64,000 bases of DNA, from IMG/VR virus record IMGVR_UViG_3300043786_001842; one strand, given 5' to 3'. Origin of the DNA: an uncultured virus (IMG/VR IMGVR_UViG_3300043786_001842). Taxonomy: Duplodnaviria; Heunggongvirae; Uroviricota; Caudoviricetes. A program made the translations under genes and the position numbers. The notes under the pieces are model-generated. The model saw nothing but the letters and a program-made list of their open reading frames with translations, was not told the DNA's origin and made no database searches. Below are positions 10,271 through 19,366 of this stretch, piece after piece. The first letter of the stretch is position 1. Every line of letters begins with the position of its first letter.

Positions 10271-11329
10271 TCAGATCACAGGGTAGTTGCCGCGGAGCTC
10301 GCGGATGCAGCCATCGCGGGTGGCAACGAGGAAAGTCCTCAAGCGGTCCCGAGCGCCGCGCAGCGCCGCGACGCTCTCAACCAGGGCCTCGACTCTTGCG
10401 GGGATTCCCGCGTCCGCGGGCTCGACGCCGGCAGCCAGGGCTGCGGATGCCAGCATCACATCGAATTCCAATTTCGCGACTGATCGGTTGGTCCAGACGT
10501 GTGCTGGAGTAGCGCCCTCGGCCGCCTCCACGAGCGACGTGATGTCAGCCGAGGTGATGGGGCCGAGGGCAGTCCGTACCGCCGCTTCACGGTGGACGCG
10601 GAGCTGGAAGTCCGCGGACGGGACGACTGCGTCCAGGATCCAGCCGGTCAGGCCGGGAGCGAGCTGGAGGGCCGGCTGGAGGGGTCCGATTGCCACCAGC
10701 CGCTGGAGGAGGTCCGCACCAGCCGCTGGCGGGACAGCCGCGCGGAGCGGGGACAGCATCGCCCCGAGCCACTTCCACAGGAGATCGGCAACCGGCGATG
10801 CCTCATCCGGAACCAGCGCTCGAACGTCTGCCTCCTCGAGCGGGAGCACCCGCTCGAGCGGGTTGCCCGCGAGGGCGCCATCCAGGACCCGGGCAGCAAA
10901 GATGGACTCGACCTCAGCGACCGAGGCGTGGCCCGTCGGGCCGCCGACTGCGATCTGAGACCGGAGAAACGTCGCGGACGACGGGGCCGGGCGTGCGGCG
11001 GTGGCTGCCGCCACGAACGACGAGCGCAGGCCGAGGGTATCCATCAGGTACGCGTACCCGTCGGTGCCGACCGACGGCACTGCCACGCCGGGGGTCGTCC
11101 ACCCGCCGGGGATCTCGCGGAGAAACGCTTCGACATCCTCCGGCGTGAACGCTCGCAGGCGGGTTAGCTCCTCGACGAATATGTCGCCGTTCAGTAAGCC
11201 ATCCATGACGGCATCGAAATTCGTCTTTGACAGCAGGTGGAGACCGTACAGTAGATGATAGTTGGTCTCGTCGACGCAGGTCTCGATGAATGATCGAACG
11301 CTGTCCGGGGAGACGGTGATTCGCTCCAT
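10271..11329 (-). CDS. Hypothetical protein (paralog family with 11917 and 12996 ORFs)
   Basis: Tightly packed ORF sharing an N-terminal helical motif. Confidence 0.7.
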   Translation of the reverse strand: MERITVSPDSVRSFIETCVDETNYHLLYGLHLLSKTNFDAVMDGLLNGDIFVEELTRLRAFTPEDVEAFLREIPGGWTTPGVAVPSVGTDGYAYLMDTLGLRSSFVAAATAARPAPSSATFLRSQIAVGGPTGHASVAEVESIFAARVLDGALAGNPLERVLPLEEADVRALVPDEASPVADLLWKWLGAMLSPLRAAVPPAAGADLLQRLVAIGPLQPALQLAPGLTGWILDAVVPSADFQLRVHREAAVRTALGPITSADITSLVEAAEGATPAHVWTNRSVAKLEFDVMLASAALAAGVEPADAGIPARVEALVESVAALRGARDRLRTFLVATRDGCIRELRGNYPVI

Positions 11330-11331
11330 CG

Positions 11332-11904
11332 TCAGTCCCTCTGCACGGACAGCGCGATGCCGAGTGCATCGGCCGCCGCCAGCGACACGGCTCCGCGCGC
11401 CACTGCGACTGCGTAGACGGACGGGGAGCCCGAAGCGCCGACGAGGAGGAGGCTCGGAACTGCCAGATTGGCCACGCCGTGCCCGCCGATGAATGAGAAA
11501 TCAGAGCTCTTGACGTGCACGACTCCGAGCATGTTTCGCATCTCGGCGGCGGCTACGGAGAGCGAGGACCCGTCGACGGGGGGAGTCTGGAGGGGCTCGG
11601 ACCGCAAGATGAGGTCGAAGTCGATGCCACCGGTGGCAGCGGCGTTCGCAAGGGTCACGACGACTCCCACGAGCCACGCCGTCTCGGCGGCGGCTCGGAC
11701 GGCATCCCGGACAGCGACCTCGCCGCCGATGCATTGGCCGTAAGCGTATGACTTGGACGGATCGGCGGACGGAGAAAAAAAGAGGCGGGATCCGTCGGTG
11801 TGCGCGATGACGCGCTGGTTGTGCATCCCGAGAACGGACTTGGTTGCGATGTTGACGCCGTAGCCGGGCGTCACAGAAACATTGGTAGGTGTGGTGCCAC
11901 TCAT
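11332..11904 (-). CDS. Hypothetical, beta-rich, possibly structural protein
   Basis: AAGGA RBS. Packed between neighbouring ORFs. Confidence 0.65.
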   Translation of the reverse strand: MSGTTPTNVSVTPGYGVNIATKSVLGMHNQRVIAHTDGSRLFFSPSADPSKSYAYGQCIGGEVAVRDAVRAAAETAWLVGVVVTLANAAATGGIDFDLILRSEPLQTPPVDGSSLSVAAAEMRNMLGVVHVKSSDFSFIGGHGVANLAVPSLLLVGASGSPSVYAVAVARGAVSLAAADALGIALSVQRD

Positions 11905-11916
11905 GATTCTTTTCCT

Positions 11917-12987
11917 TCAGTTGGTCGTTAAGGCTAAGAGTAGTCCGACGGGCGATCCGGTGACCCTCCGCCGAATGGCAGCGACGGCCACCCCCTCCGC
12001 CACGGCGGAGGCGAATGCTACGACGCAAGACCTGGCTGCCTCCAGATACACGGTCACGCCTTCGGCGATCGCGGCGTCGGCTTCATCGGCTACGCCGTAG
12101 GCCGCCGGGAGGTGCACTCGCGCCATGCGCCTGCCTGCCAGCCATCGCGGAAGGTCGGTCGCCGGGAGGGGCCCCCACAGAGTGGCGTTGCGGACGGCCA
12201 GAGCTCCCGCCATCCCGGACCGCTCGGGGTCCGAGACGGCGTGCGCCGCCATGGTCGGGTACGCCGTCTCATCCATGAATGAAGTGAAGTGCCACGGCGC
12301 GACGCCTCCCGAAAGCTCCCCCCGGTAGAGCTGACTCACGATCTCTCCCGGGCCGGAACTCTTCGGGTCTTCGAGGAGCGCGGCGGTTGTGAGCAGGCGC
12401 TCGATAGACGCGAGCACGGGACAGTCCTCGTCTCGCGCCTGGCAGAGGTCGGGGTGGGCGGCCCGGAATGCGGCGTGCGCACCGCGGAACGCCTCGATGA
12501 TCGATGTGGCGCGCGGCTCGTTCGCGACGATCATGTAGGTGGTGTAGGCTTCCAGGAATGAGTGGAACCGGAGCTCGTCGACCCTGAGAAAGTCATACTC
12601 GGGGCGCACGAGCAGTGCGCCGATGTCTTTCTGCCGATTCGCGATGTGTGAGAACGCGTCGCCGATCGCGCCGGTGCGGAGCGCACCGACGTTGACCGAT
12701 GCGGGGAGCCACTCCGTCTTGTACCTCCACGCGAGCAGTCCCACATCGTCGGCCCCCATTCTGGAGGCAACGAGGTCCTCCATCAGGCGGGCGTTCATCG
12801 CCGACAGGGCCCGAACATCCGCGAATGTGACGAGCCCCTGAGCCATGGCCGAGATAGCCGTCACGAAGGCAGCCTTCGGCAGCAGGAGGAGCGCGTTCAT
12901 GGTCCGGTACGCTTCGGAGCCGGCGGTCAGATCGAGGGAGGCGATGTACTCAGAGACCTCCCGATCGTTGAGAGTGACTAGTTGCAT
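11917..12987 (-). CDS. Hypothetical protein (paralog family)
   Basis: 356-aa ORF in operon arrangement. Confidence 0.7.
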   Translation of the reverse strand: MQLVTLNDREVSEYIASLDLTAGSEAYRTMNALLLLPKAAFVTAISAMAQGLVTFADVRALSAMNARLMEDLVASRMGADDVGLLAWRYKTEWLPASVNVGALRTGAIGDAFSHIANRQKDIGALLVRPEYDFLRVDELRFHSFLEAYTTYMIVANEPRATSIIEAFRGAHAAFRAAHPDLCQARDEDCPVLASIERLLTTAALLEDPKSSGPGEIVSQLYRGELSGGVAPWHFTSFMDETAYPTMAAHAVSDPERSGMAGALAVRNATLWGPLPATDLPRWLAGRRMARVHLPAAYGVADEADAAIAEGVTVYLEAARSCVVAFASAVAEGVAVAAIRRRVTGSPVGLLLALTTN

Positions 12988-12995
12988 TGTATGTC

Positions 12996-13499
12996 TCAGC
13001 CGATGTCAGGTTGAACAGCCGCAGCGAGGGCCCGCTGGATTCGTTTTTGAGCTTCCTCCAGAGTGCCGGCCCGGGCCAGCTCGATCGCGTTCGGGACGGC
13101 GACTGTGGAGTCGACCCCGGCAACGCTCGTTCCCCCGGGAACGAAGACGCCGGACGGCCGTCCGTCTTCCGCCAGGAGAAGACCTGGGTCCGTCGGGACG
13201 GCGACTGCACCAGGAGTGACCCGCGCGCCGCCTGCTAAGTCGCGTATGCGGGCCATGAGGGCGTCGGGCGATACGTTGTAGTCGGCAGCCGCGGCGCCGT
13301 TGATCGCACCCCCAAATGCCGCCCCGGGAGGAGGCAGGAGATCCTCCGGAACGATGTCTTCTGCCAGCAGGAGGTCCATCACCGGGCGATAGATGTCGTA
13401 CGGGAGCTCCAACAGTGCCTGAAAGAGAGGCGCATTCGTCTGGTTGATCGGGAGTCGACCGAACAGCGCCTGGAGCTCCGGGAGGGGCCAGTGGCGCAT
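12996..13499 (-). CDS. Hypothetical protein (paralog family)
   Basis: ATG lies 3 nt after the upstream stop. Confidence 0.65.
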   Translation of the reverse strand: MRHWPLPELQALFGRLPINQTNAPLFQALLELPYDIYRPVMDLLLAEDIVPEDLLPPPGAAFGGAINGAAAADYNVSPDALMARIRDLAGGARVTPGAVAVPTDPGLLLAEDGRPSGVFVPGGTSVAGVDSTVAVPNAIELARAGTLEEAQKRIQRALAAAVQPDIG

Positions 13500-13501
13500 G
13501 G

Positions 13502-13720
13502 TCAGATGGCGAAGCACGCGATGCGATCGCGGAGAATATCCGCGTACTCGCGCATCACGGCGAGCTGGCTGGCGAGCAGCGTGCGCTCTTTCGCTTCAAC
13601 GGTCTGGAAGACATCCCCGTTGACGAACGCCGAGAGGCGCTCGATCTTCTCGTCGAGATCGCGGAGCTCGGTCACGACTCGGCTCTGGTACGTCGGTCCC
13701 TGCTGGGAAGAAAAAGACAT
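13502..13720 (-). CDS. crAss001_48-like small coiled-coil phage protein
   Basis: YQSRVVTELRDLDEKIERLSAF...LLASQLAVMREYADIL.RI pattern. AAGGAG RBS. Confidence 0.7.
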   Translation of the reverse strand: MSFSSQQGPTYQSRVVTELRDLDEKIERLSAFVNGDVFQTVEAKERTLLASQLAVMREYADILRDRIACFAI

Positions 13721-13801
13721 GGGTTGTTCTCCTTGATAGTCCGGGAGCCCGAAGTCGGGCCCCCGGATTGCCTATCGTCTTGTTCGCGTTTCCCGGAAAG
13801 G

Positions 13802-14539
13802 CTAAAGCTTCAGCACGCGGAAGTACTGCGTGCTGGCGAAGAGGTCCGTGTCGGTCTCGACGCTGACGATCCGGTCGTCACCGTCAGCGGCATAGACGAC
13901 GACCCGCGCCTTCGTGCCGTGGAGCATTCCCGGTCGCAGCCGGACCTGCGCGAGCCCGCCGAAGTCCGGGGCAAGCCAGCGGGCGGCCTCCACGCTGCTT
14001 GCTCCCACCGCCAGGACGAACGGCTCCCCGGATTCCGGGACGTCGAACTCGAGCGGGTCGGTCAGGCGGCGGTCTTCCGTGACGCGCTCCCCGAGCAGGT
14101 CCGCCGCTTCGGCGGCCCGCGACAGCCCGGCCGGCGACGGCGGCGCGCTCAGCTCAACCAGACCCTCGGCCACGACCATCGAGAGCCCGTCGGCCCCCAG
14201 GGTCGCCGCCTGGACGGTCTTCTCGTGCAGCTTCAGCCATGGACTGAGGGTCCCGTAGTTCAGCGTCGTCGCGAAGTCGAGACCCTCGAGGCCCGCCCTC
14301 AGTGGGCTCTTCTTCTTGCACATTTCCACCAGCTTCGGCCGGACCAGGGTGATGCCGGGAGTGTGGTCGTACCACGCATGCAGGACGCCGCCCACGAACG
14401 TGACGTCCAGGTGCTCGCGCTTCTTCTCGAGATTCTCCCTCGTCGGGACGAACGTCCGGACGATTTTGGCGAGGCCGCCGGCGATGCGCTTGGCCAGTTC
14501 CTGAGCGACGCCTGGGTCGCTCGTCGCGTACGATCTCAC
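13802..14539 (-). CDS. Hypothetical protein downstream of DNA polymerase
   Basis: GTG start overlaps the stop of ORF 14536..14802 (GTGA). Confidence 0.6.
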   Translation of the reverse strand: MRSYATSDPGVAQELAKRIAGGLAKIVRTFVPTRENLEKKREHLDVTFVGGVLHAWYDHTPGITLVRPKLVEMCKKKSPLRAGLEGLDFATTLNYGTLSPWLKLHEKTVQAATLGADGLSMVVAEGLVELSAPPSPAGLSRAAEAADLLGERVTEDRRLTDPLEFDVPESGEPFVLAVGASSVEAARWLAPDFGGLAQVRLRPGMLHGTKARVVVYAADGDDRIVSVETDTDLFASTQYFRVLKL

Positions 14540-14802
14540 GCCGCGCCCTCGGAGAGGGGCATCATGAAGTGGATGCCGTCCGCCATCCCGAACAGCGTCC
14601 CGTCCGGGAGGGCGACCTCGCAGCCGTCCGGTAGACTCCCCGTGTTCACGGCGCCGTACAGCGCCGCGAACAGGTTGGAGCGGTCCTCGTGGGAACTGAA
14701 GGGCCACGGTATCGTGTCGCAGTCACCGGCGTCATAGCGGTGCACGAGGACGTCGTCTCCCAGATGGAGGAGACCTTCCTTGGCTTGTAGTGTGATTTTC
14801 AT
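14536..14802 (-). CDS. Hypothetical protein
   Basis: AAGGA RBS. Packed behind polB exon 2. Confidence 0.6.
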   Translation of the reverse strand: MKITLQAKEGLLHLGDDVLVHRYDAGDCDTIPWPFSSHEDRSNLFAALYGAVNTGSLPDGCEVALPDGTLFGMADGIHFMMPLSEGAA

Positions 14803-14815
14803 TGACTTTCCTTCT

Positions 14816-16949
14816 TCAGGTAGTTTCCTGCTCGGCGTCCGCGAACACGATCTCGCAAAGATCTGCGAGATCCGGCAGCCCGAGCCACCTCGCGCCGACC
14901 TCGAGCGGGTCGCCGCTGGCCCACGCCTGCATCAGGAGCGACGAGTCGGCGTCGGTCCCGTCCGGCTGGGGGAGGACGAGCCGGCCGCATTGGCCCGTTG
15001 CGTCGATGTTGGTTGCGAGGATGATGGAGGGGTACAGGGACGTCGCGTCGAAATCGACGACGTTCTCGAACACGCGATCCGACTGGTTCCCGCCTATCGG
15101 AGCCCCGGTCGTGTCCATCAGCTGGGGATCGGCTACAACACATTCTTCGTATCGGATCGCGACTCCGACACCGTCCTTTCGGACTGCTGCACGTCTCCGT
15201 GCAAGGTGAGACTATATCACGACTCCTTCCGGAGCCCTTCCTGTTTCCGCCCGCTTGGGCGTACTCCCTTTCGGGATAGTCGTTGAAGGTTGCTCTTAGC
15301 ATTGTTACATGCAAGAGCTTTCCCTGCTGATTGTCTCTATCCTACAGATTTTCAGGGGTCGCCACTCCGTCACCGGGCGGTATCCTACTGTAGTCTTATC
15401 GAGAGTTTCCAGCAATTAAGGAAGTTTAGCGTGCGCATGTAGTTTACGCACCTTGGAATTTGGCGGTGTCCGTCCGCTCCTTGTTCCTGTTTCGGTTGTT
15501 GCTCAACGCGAGACCCCGCTCTCGGTAGAAGACCGCCGCGAGGTTCCGGAGGCAGATGGTCTTCTTCAGCACCTTGTTGAAGCGCGTCCTGGTCATCATG
15601 CTGAGCTGGTAGGCGAGGGCGATGTCCTCGGTCTTCTCCTCCAGGGTCGCCATCGGGACGACGTCCATGAGGCCGTACAGCATGAAGGCCGGGAAGTCTC
15701 TGTAGGAGAGGTCCCGGATGCTGCCCTCGTACTCGACCTTGCTCTCGCCGATCTCGGACCTCAGCGTGAAGTCCAGCCCGTAGCTCTCCTTCTTCCCGGA
15801 CTGCTTTCTCAGCTGGGCGTACAGGAGCATCTGATCGACCCAGAGAGTGTACGAGGCGACGTTGAACGTGTCGCTCCTCTCGGTCGGCTCCGTGTTGAAC
15901 GTGTCGTACTGGTAGTCAGCCAGCGTCCACGGGTGGAAGTCCTTCGGCGTAAAGGCGTCCTCCGGGTCCACGCCGAGCCGCCGAAGGCGGTTCATCAGGG
16001 TGTTGGCGTCGAACGCCATGTTCCACCAGCATATCGCGTCGGGCCGGTCCAGCTCGTTCACGAGATGGAGGAAATCGAGGATGAGGTCGACCTCCGAGTC
16101 GTAGAATCGCACGGTCACCGCCCGGCACCGGGCGTGCTGCCAGCCGTCCGTCGCGACGTCCGTCTCTTCCCCGGTCATCGGGTCCAGCCCGAGCGCCGCC
16201 GCGATGTCCGTCCAGTCTGCCCCCTCTCCCACCATTCCGGCTCTGGCCAGCGGTGTCCGGTTGGCCTCGCACAGCAGCCAGGTCTGGTAGGCCGGGAGCT
16301 CGGACTCGAACTCGGCGATCTGGGGGTTGTCCCGGACGGTCTTTCGCAGCGCGAACTGGGTGACCTTCTTCGACGGCGCGTGGAGGTAGGTGATCAGCGA
16401 GACCGGGCACGGCGCGTCCCGCTCGTCCGGAAATCCGCGGTGCTCGACCGGGTCGACCTCGATGTCGGCGAACGCCAAATCGAGCGGGCTGACCATGTCG
16501 AGGCTGGACTTGAAGTGCTCCATGTAGCGGTCGATGTAGTGGTCGACGAGGTTGACGTCGCTGCCGTGCGCAAACGGGTGGTCATGGATCACGGCGCGGC
16601 GCCGGTTCTGGCCGGGTCCCCGCACCTCCTCGTAGTACCGCTCCTGCCCGGTCAGCTGGGCGACGTGGAGCACGAGATCTTCTATCTTCGACTCGTACGG
16701 CACGCACTTCGATATCTCGACCGCCAACTCCGCGTGCGTCTGGGCTGCCTGGTGGGCTGGTGCCGTGATGTGGTACCGCACGGTCGGGTCCACGTTCTTC
16801 AGCACGCGCTTGGCCTTCTTCCCGTCCGGTGTGATGAGCTTCTCGACGACGAGAACGCACGAGGACTTGCCGAACCACTGCTCGTGGTACCTGTTCTTCT
16901 GGTGAGCCACCACGTTCAGAAGTTGGTGGCTTACTGTGTCTGCTGCCAT
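14816..16949 (-). CDS. polB: Family B DNA polymerase, N-terminal subunit (3'-5' exonuclease + motif A); exons 16949-15446 and 15138-14816
   Basis: ExoI FADIEVD, ExoII WNMAFD, ExoIII YGLMD and motif A DFDATSLYPSII. Splicing gives KFQGAFVADP in frame. Confidence 0.88.
15139..15445 (-). mobile_element. Group I intron, ORF-less (307 nt), in polB
   Basis: Core motifs AATTGCTGGAAA, AATCAGCAG, TCAACGACTAT, GATATAGTC. The 5' exon ends in U paired to G in P1 (GTGCGT/GCGCAC), P10 is CTACA/TGTAG, and the intron ends in G. Confidence 0.9.
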
Positions 16950-17067
16950 TGGATTCTCCGTTGTCAATGATCTGGTCAGAACCCTTTTGGGTCGCTGTCT
17001 CCAAAGAAATGATATTTAGCCAGAGCCGCTCTCGGTCTAACAAGGGATTGAGACGAAAAATGGATGG

Positions 17068-17736
17068 GTGATCATGGGTGTCGACTACTCCGAGAAGCGC
17101 TTTCGGTCAGACTTCAAAGCAGAGCGGGATCGCGTCATATCCGCGATCAGGGAATGTGAGGAGCTCGACAAAGAGCTCACCACCTCCCTGACGGGGCTGC
17201 GGCGCGACATGAACAGGGTGCGCGGGGCTGCGTCGCTCGTCGTCAGGCTCACCGAGCAGCAGATTGCAAACCGAAATCAGCGTTTGGCGCTGGTGAAGGA
17301 ACTCCGCCTGCTCAAGCGGGACGTGCTCGAGCGCGAGATCAAGCTAGCGCAGCTCGGGTCGGACCAGGCCGTGGCCGGGGCGGTCAGCGCCGAGCTCCTC
17401 CGACGCCTCCAGGGCCTCATCCTGGGACAGGGCTTGAGCCACGAGATGCTGGAGCCGGGTGAGCTCGACGACCTCATCGCCGCGCAGCTGGTGGGCGACG
17501 CGCCCGAGGAAGTAGCGCCCGAGGAAGTAGCGCCCGAGGACGGCACGGAAGAGCAGCCGGAGGAGGGGAGCATCATCGCCGACCAGGACGGGAACACCTG
17601 GGTAGTTGGCCCGGACGGCTTGGAGCCGGCCGGGGTGGGAGTGGAGGAGCTAGATCTCGAGCCGGAAGACGGCTCGGACGCGTTCGCCATCTTGGTGGAC
17701 GGCAGTGTCGTCCCGGTCTACGAGATCAGGGGGTGA
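17068..17736 (+). CDS. Coiled-coil protein with acidic C-terminus
   Basis: Only clear + strand gene in the - strand block. Divergent from polB. Confidence 0.7.
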   Translation: MIMGVDYSEKRFRSDFKAERDRVISAIRECEELDKELTTSLTGLRRDMNRVRGAASLVVRLTEQQIANRNQRLALVKELRLLKRDVLEREIKLAQLGSDQAVAGAVSAELLRRLQGLILGQGLSHEMLEPGELDDLIAAQLVGDAPEEVAPEEVAPEDGTEEQPEEGSIIADQDGNTWVVGPDGLEPAGVGVEELDLEPEDGSDAFAILVDGSVVPVYEIRG

Positions 17737-18845
17737 GCGACCGGGGGCGGGAGGATCACGGAGCTGCTCGTGTCGCAACCGATACCGCACCCGGCAGCAT
17801 CGAACTGCTCGCAGGCAGCCAGCCACCCCGGGAACCGGTCTTCTAGAATGGCGATCTCCTCCGCCGCGGCGAGGCGGGCGCCGATCACGATTAGATACGG
17901 CTGATCGCCATCCGGCCGCGCAACCTCTATGAGCTGCCACACATACGGTTTGCCAGGGCGAGCCGAGGCCAGGATCGCGGTGGTGCGCTCCTGCATGAAT
18001 TTGAGCGAGACTGCGTCTGTCTCTGAGTCGTAGCCGTACTCGACGAAGGATTGGTCGACCTTCGCAAGAACCCTGCGCAGACGGACGCCGCACGCCGCCG
18101 CGATCGGAGCGGAGCTCGTCTCGCTTTCACCGTCGGCGATCAGGATCTCCTTGAGGCCAGGCTCGTCCGAGAACTCGGCGAGAAAGAAATCGTCGGGGTT
18201 GGTGCTGGTTGCACCCTCTTCGACGAGGATATTCGGAGTGTTCGGTTGTGTCATCCTTTTTGCTCCATTCGGTTCTTGTAAAGGGCCGCGACTACGTCGC
18301 GGATGTCGATTTCATCGAGACGGCCGGGAATGAGGGCGACGGTCATCGGGCCGACCCGCTCGCTTGCGTCCATCTGCTGCCACGCCGTCAGCAGACGCAG
18401 CGGGTCGATGTTGACGGATTGGAAGAACGTGTCGGTGGCCTGCTGGTTGACCCGGCCCTCCCAGAGAGCCGAGCAGAGGGCCCAGAGGGCTGCATTACCG
18501 GCCGACGAGTCCAGCCCGCTGAATCCTGCCGAGAAGTAGTCCAGGACTGCGGACGCGATTGCGCGTATTCCATCCATCGCCTCCCGGTCGCTCTGATCGT
18601 ATCCCAGCGTGTGGGCGAGGTGCCGCGAGAGATCGGCGGCGAGGTCACTTCTGGAGAGGGCGGCAGATGACATTTCACTCTCCATACTCATCGGCGATCT
18701 CGCGGGCCACATCGGCGACACTCTTTCCGGCGTTGTAGTCCTCCTCCACGCTGTCCATGTCGCGGAACTCGATGCCAGTCATGTCCAGCACCATTATGGC
18801 CAAATTATCGAACCACGTTTCGAAGTCGAAGTCTTCATTTGTCAT
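17718..18845 (-). CDS. Three small hypothetical ORFs (17718-18254, 18251-~18673, 18675-~18845)
   Basis: Overlapping or adjacent start-stop packing. Confidence 0.55.
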
Positions 18846-18882
18846 CGAATTTCCTAGAGAATAGAAAAAGAGAAGTGCCATC

Positions 18883-18905
18883 CAGGGTTTCTGGATGGCA
18901 CTTCG
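18883..18905 (-). terminator. Intrinsic terminator after HU
   Basis: GAAGTGCCATCCAG...CTGGATGGCACTTC stem followed by a U-rich tract on the - strand. Confidence 0.7.
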
Positions 18906-18921
18906 TCCCTCGATTCAGCGG

Positions 18922-19248
18922 TCAGTCCGCCTGGGGGGCGGCCACGGCTTCTTTCAGTTCCTTGCTGGTGCTGAAGCGCACTTCGCGGCGTGCCGCGATG
19001 ACGCCGGGGAGGACCTCGCCGGTGCGGGGGTTGCGGGCCTGCTTCTCCTTGCTCATCTTCGTGCGAAGAGAGCCGACGCCGCTCAGGCGCACGTCCATCC
19101 CGCGGACCAGACCCTCGCGGATGGTTTCCAAGAGGGCGGTGTACGCCCGCTCGGCATCGGCCTTGCGGAGGCCGGTTTTGGCCGCCATGCTGGTGACGAT
19201 TGCGTCCTTGTTCACGATGACCACCGGTGCCGTCGCTGCTTTTTCCAT
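18922..19248 (-). CDS. HU/IHF family DNA-binding protein
   Basis: NKDAIV..MAAKTGL.KADA...VRLSGVGS...ARNPRTGE...VRFSTSKELKEAV. Confidence 0.92.
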   Translation of the reverse strand: MEKAATAPVVIVNKDAIVTSMAAKTGLRKADAERAYTALLETIREGLVRGMDVRLSGVGSLRTKMSKEKQARNPRTGEVLPGVIAARREVRFSTSKELKEAVAAPQAD

Positions 19249-19366
19249 TGCGTTAACTCCTGTACAAAGTTGTGAGGGTACTGAGTGCCCTCGGAAGGTG
19301 GGAAGCCGGGGTCCGTCGGACCTCCGGCAGGGTTCAGGCCAGTCTCGCCTCAGGCGAGTCGGTGCG

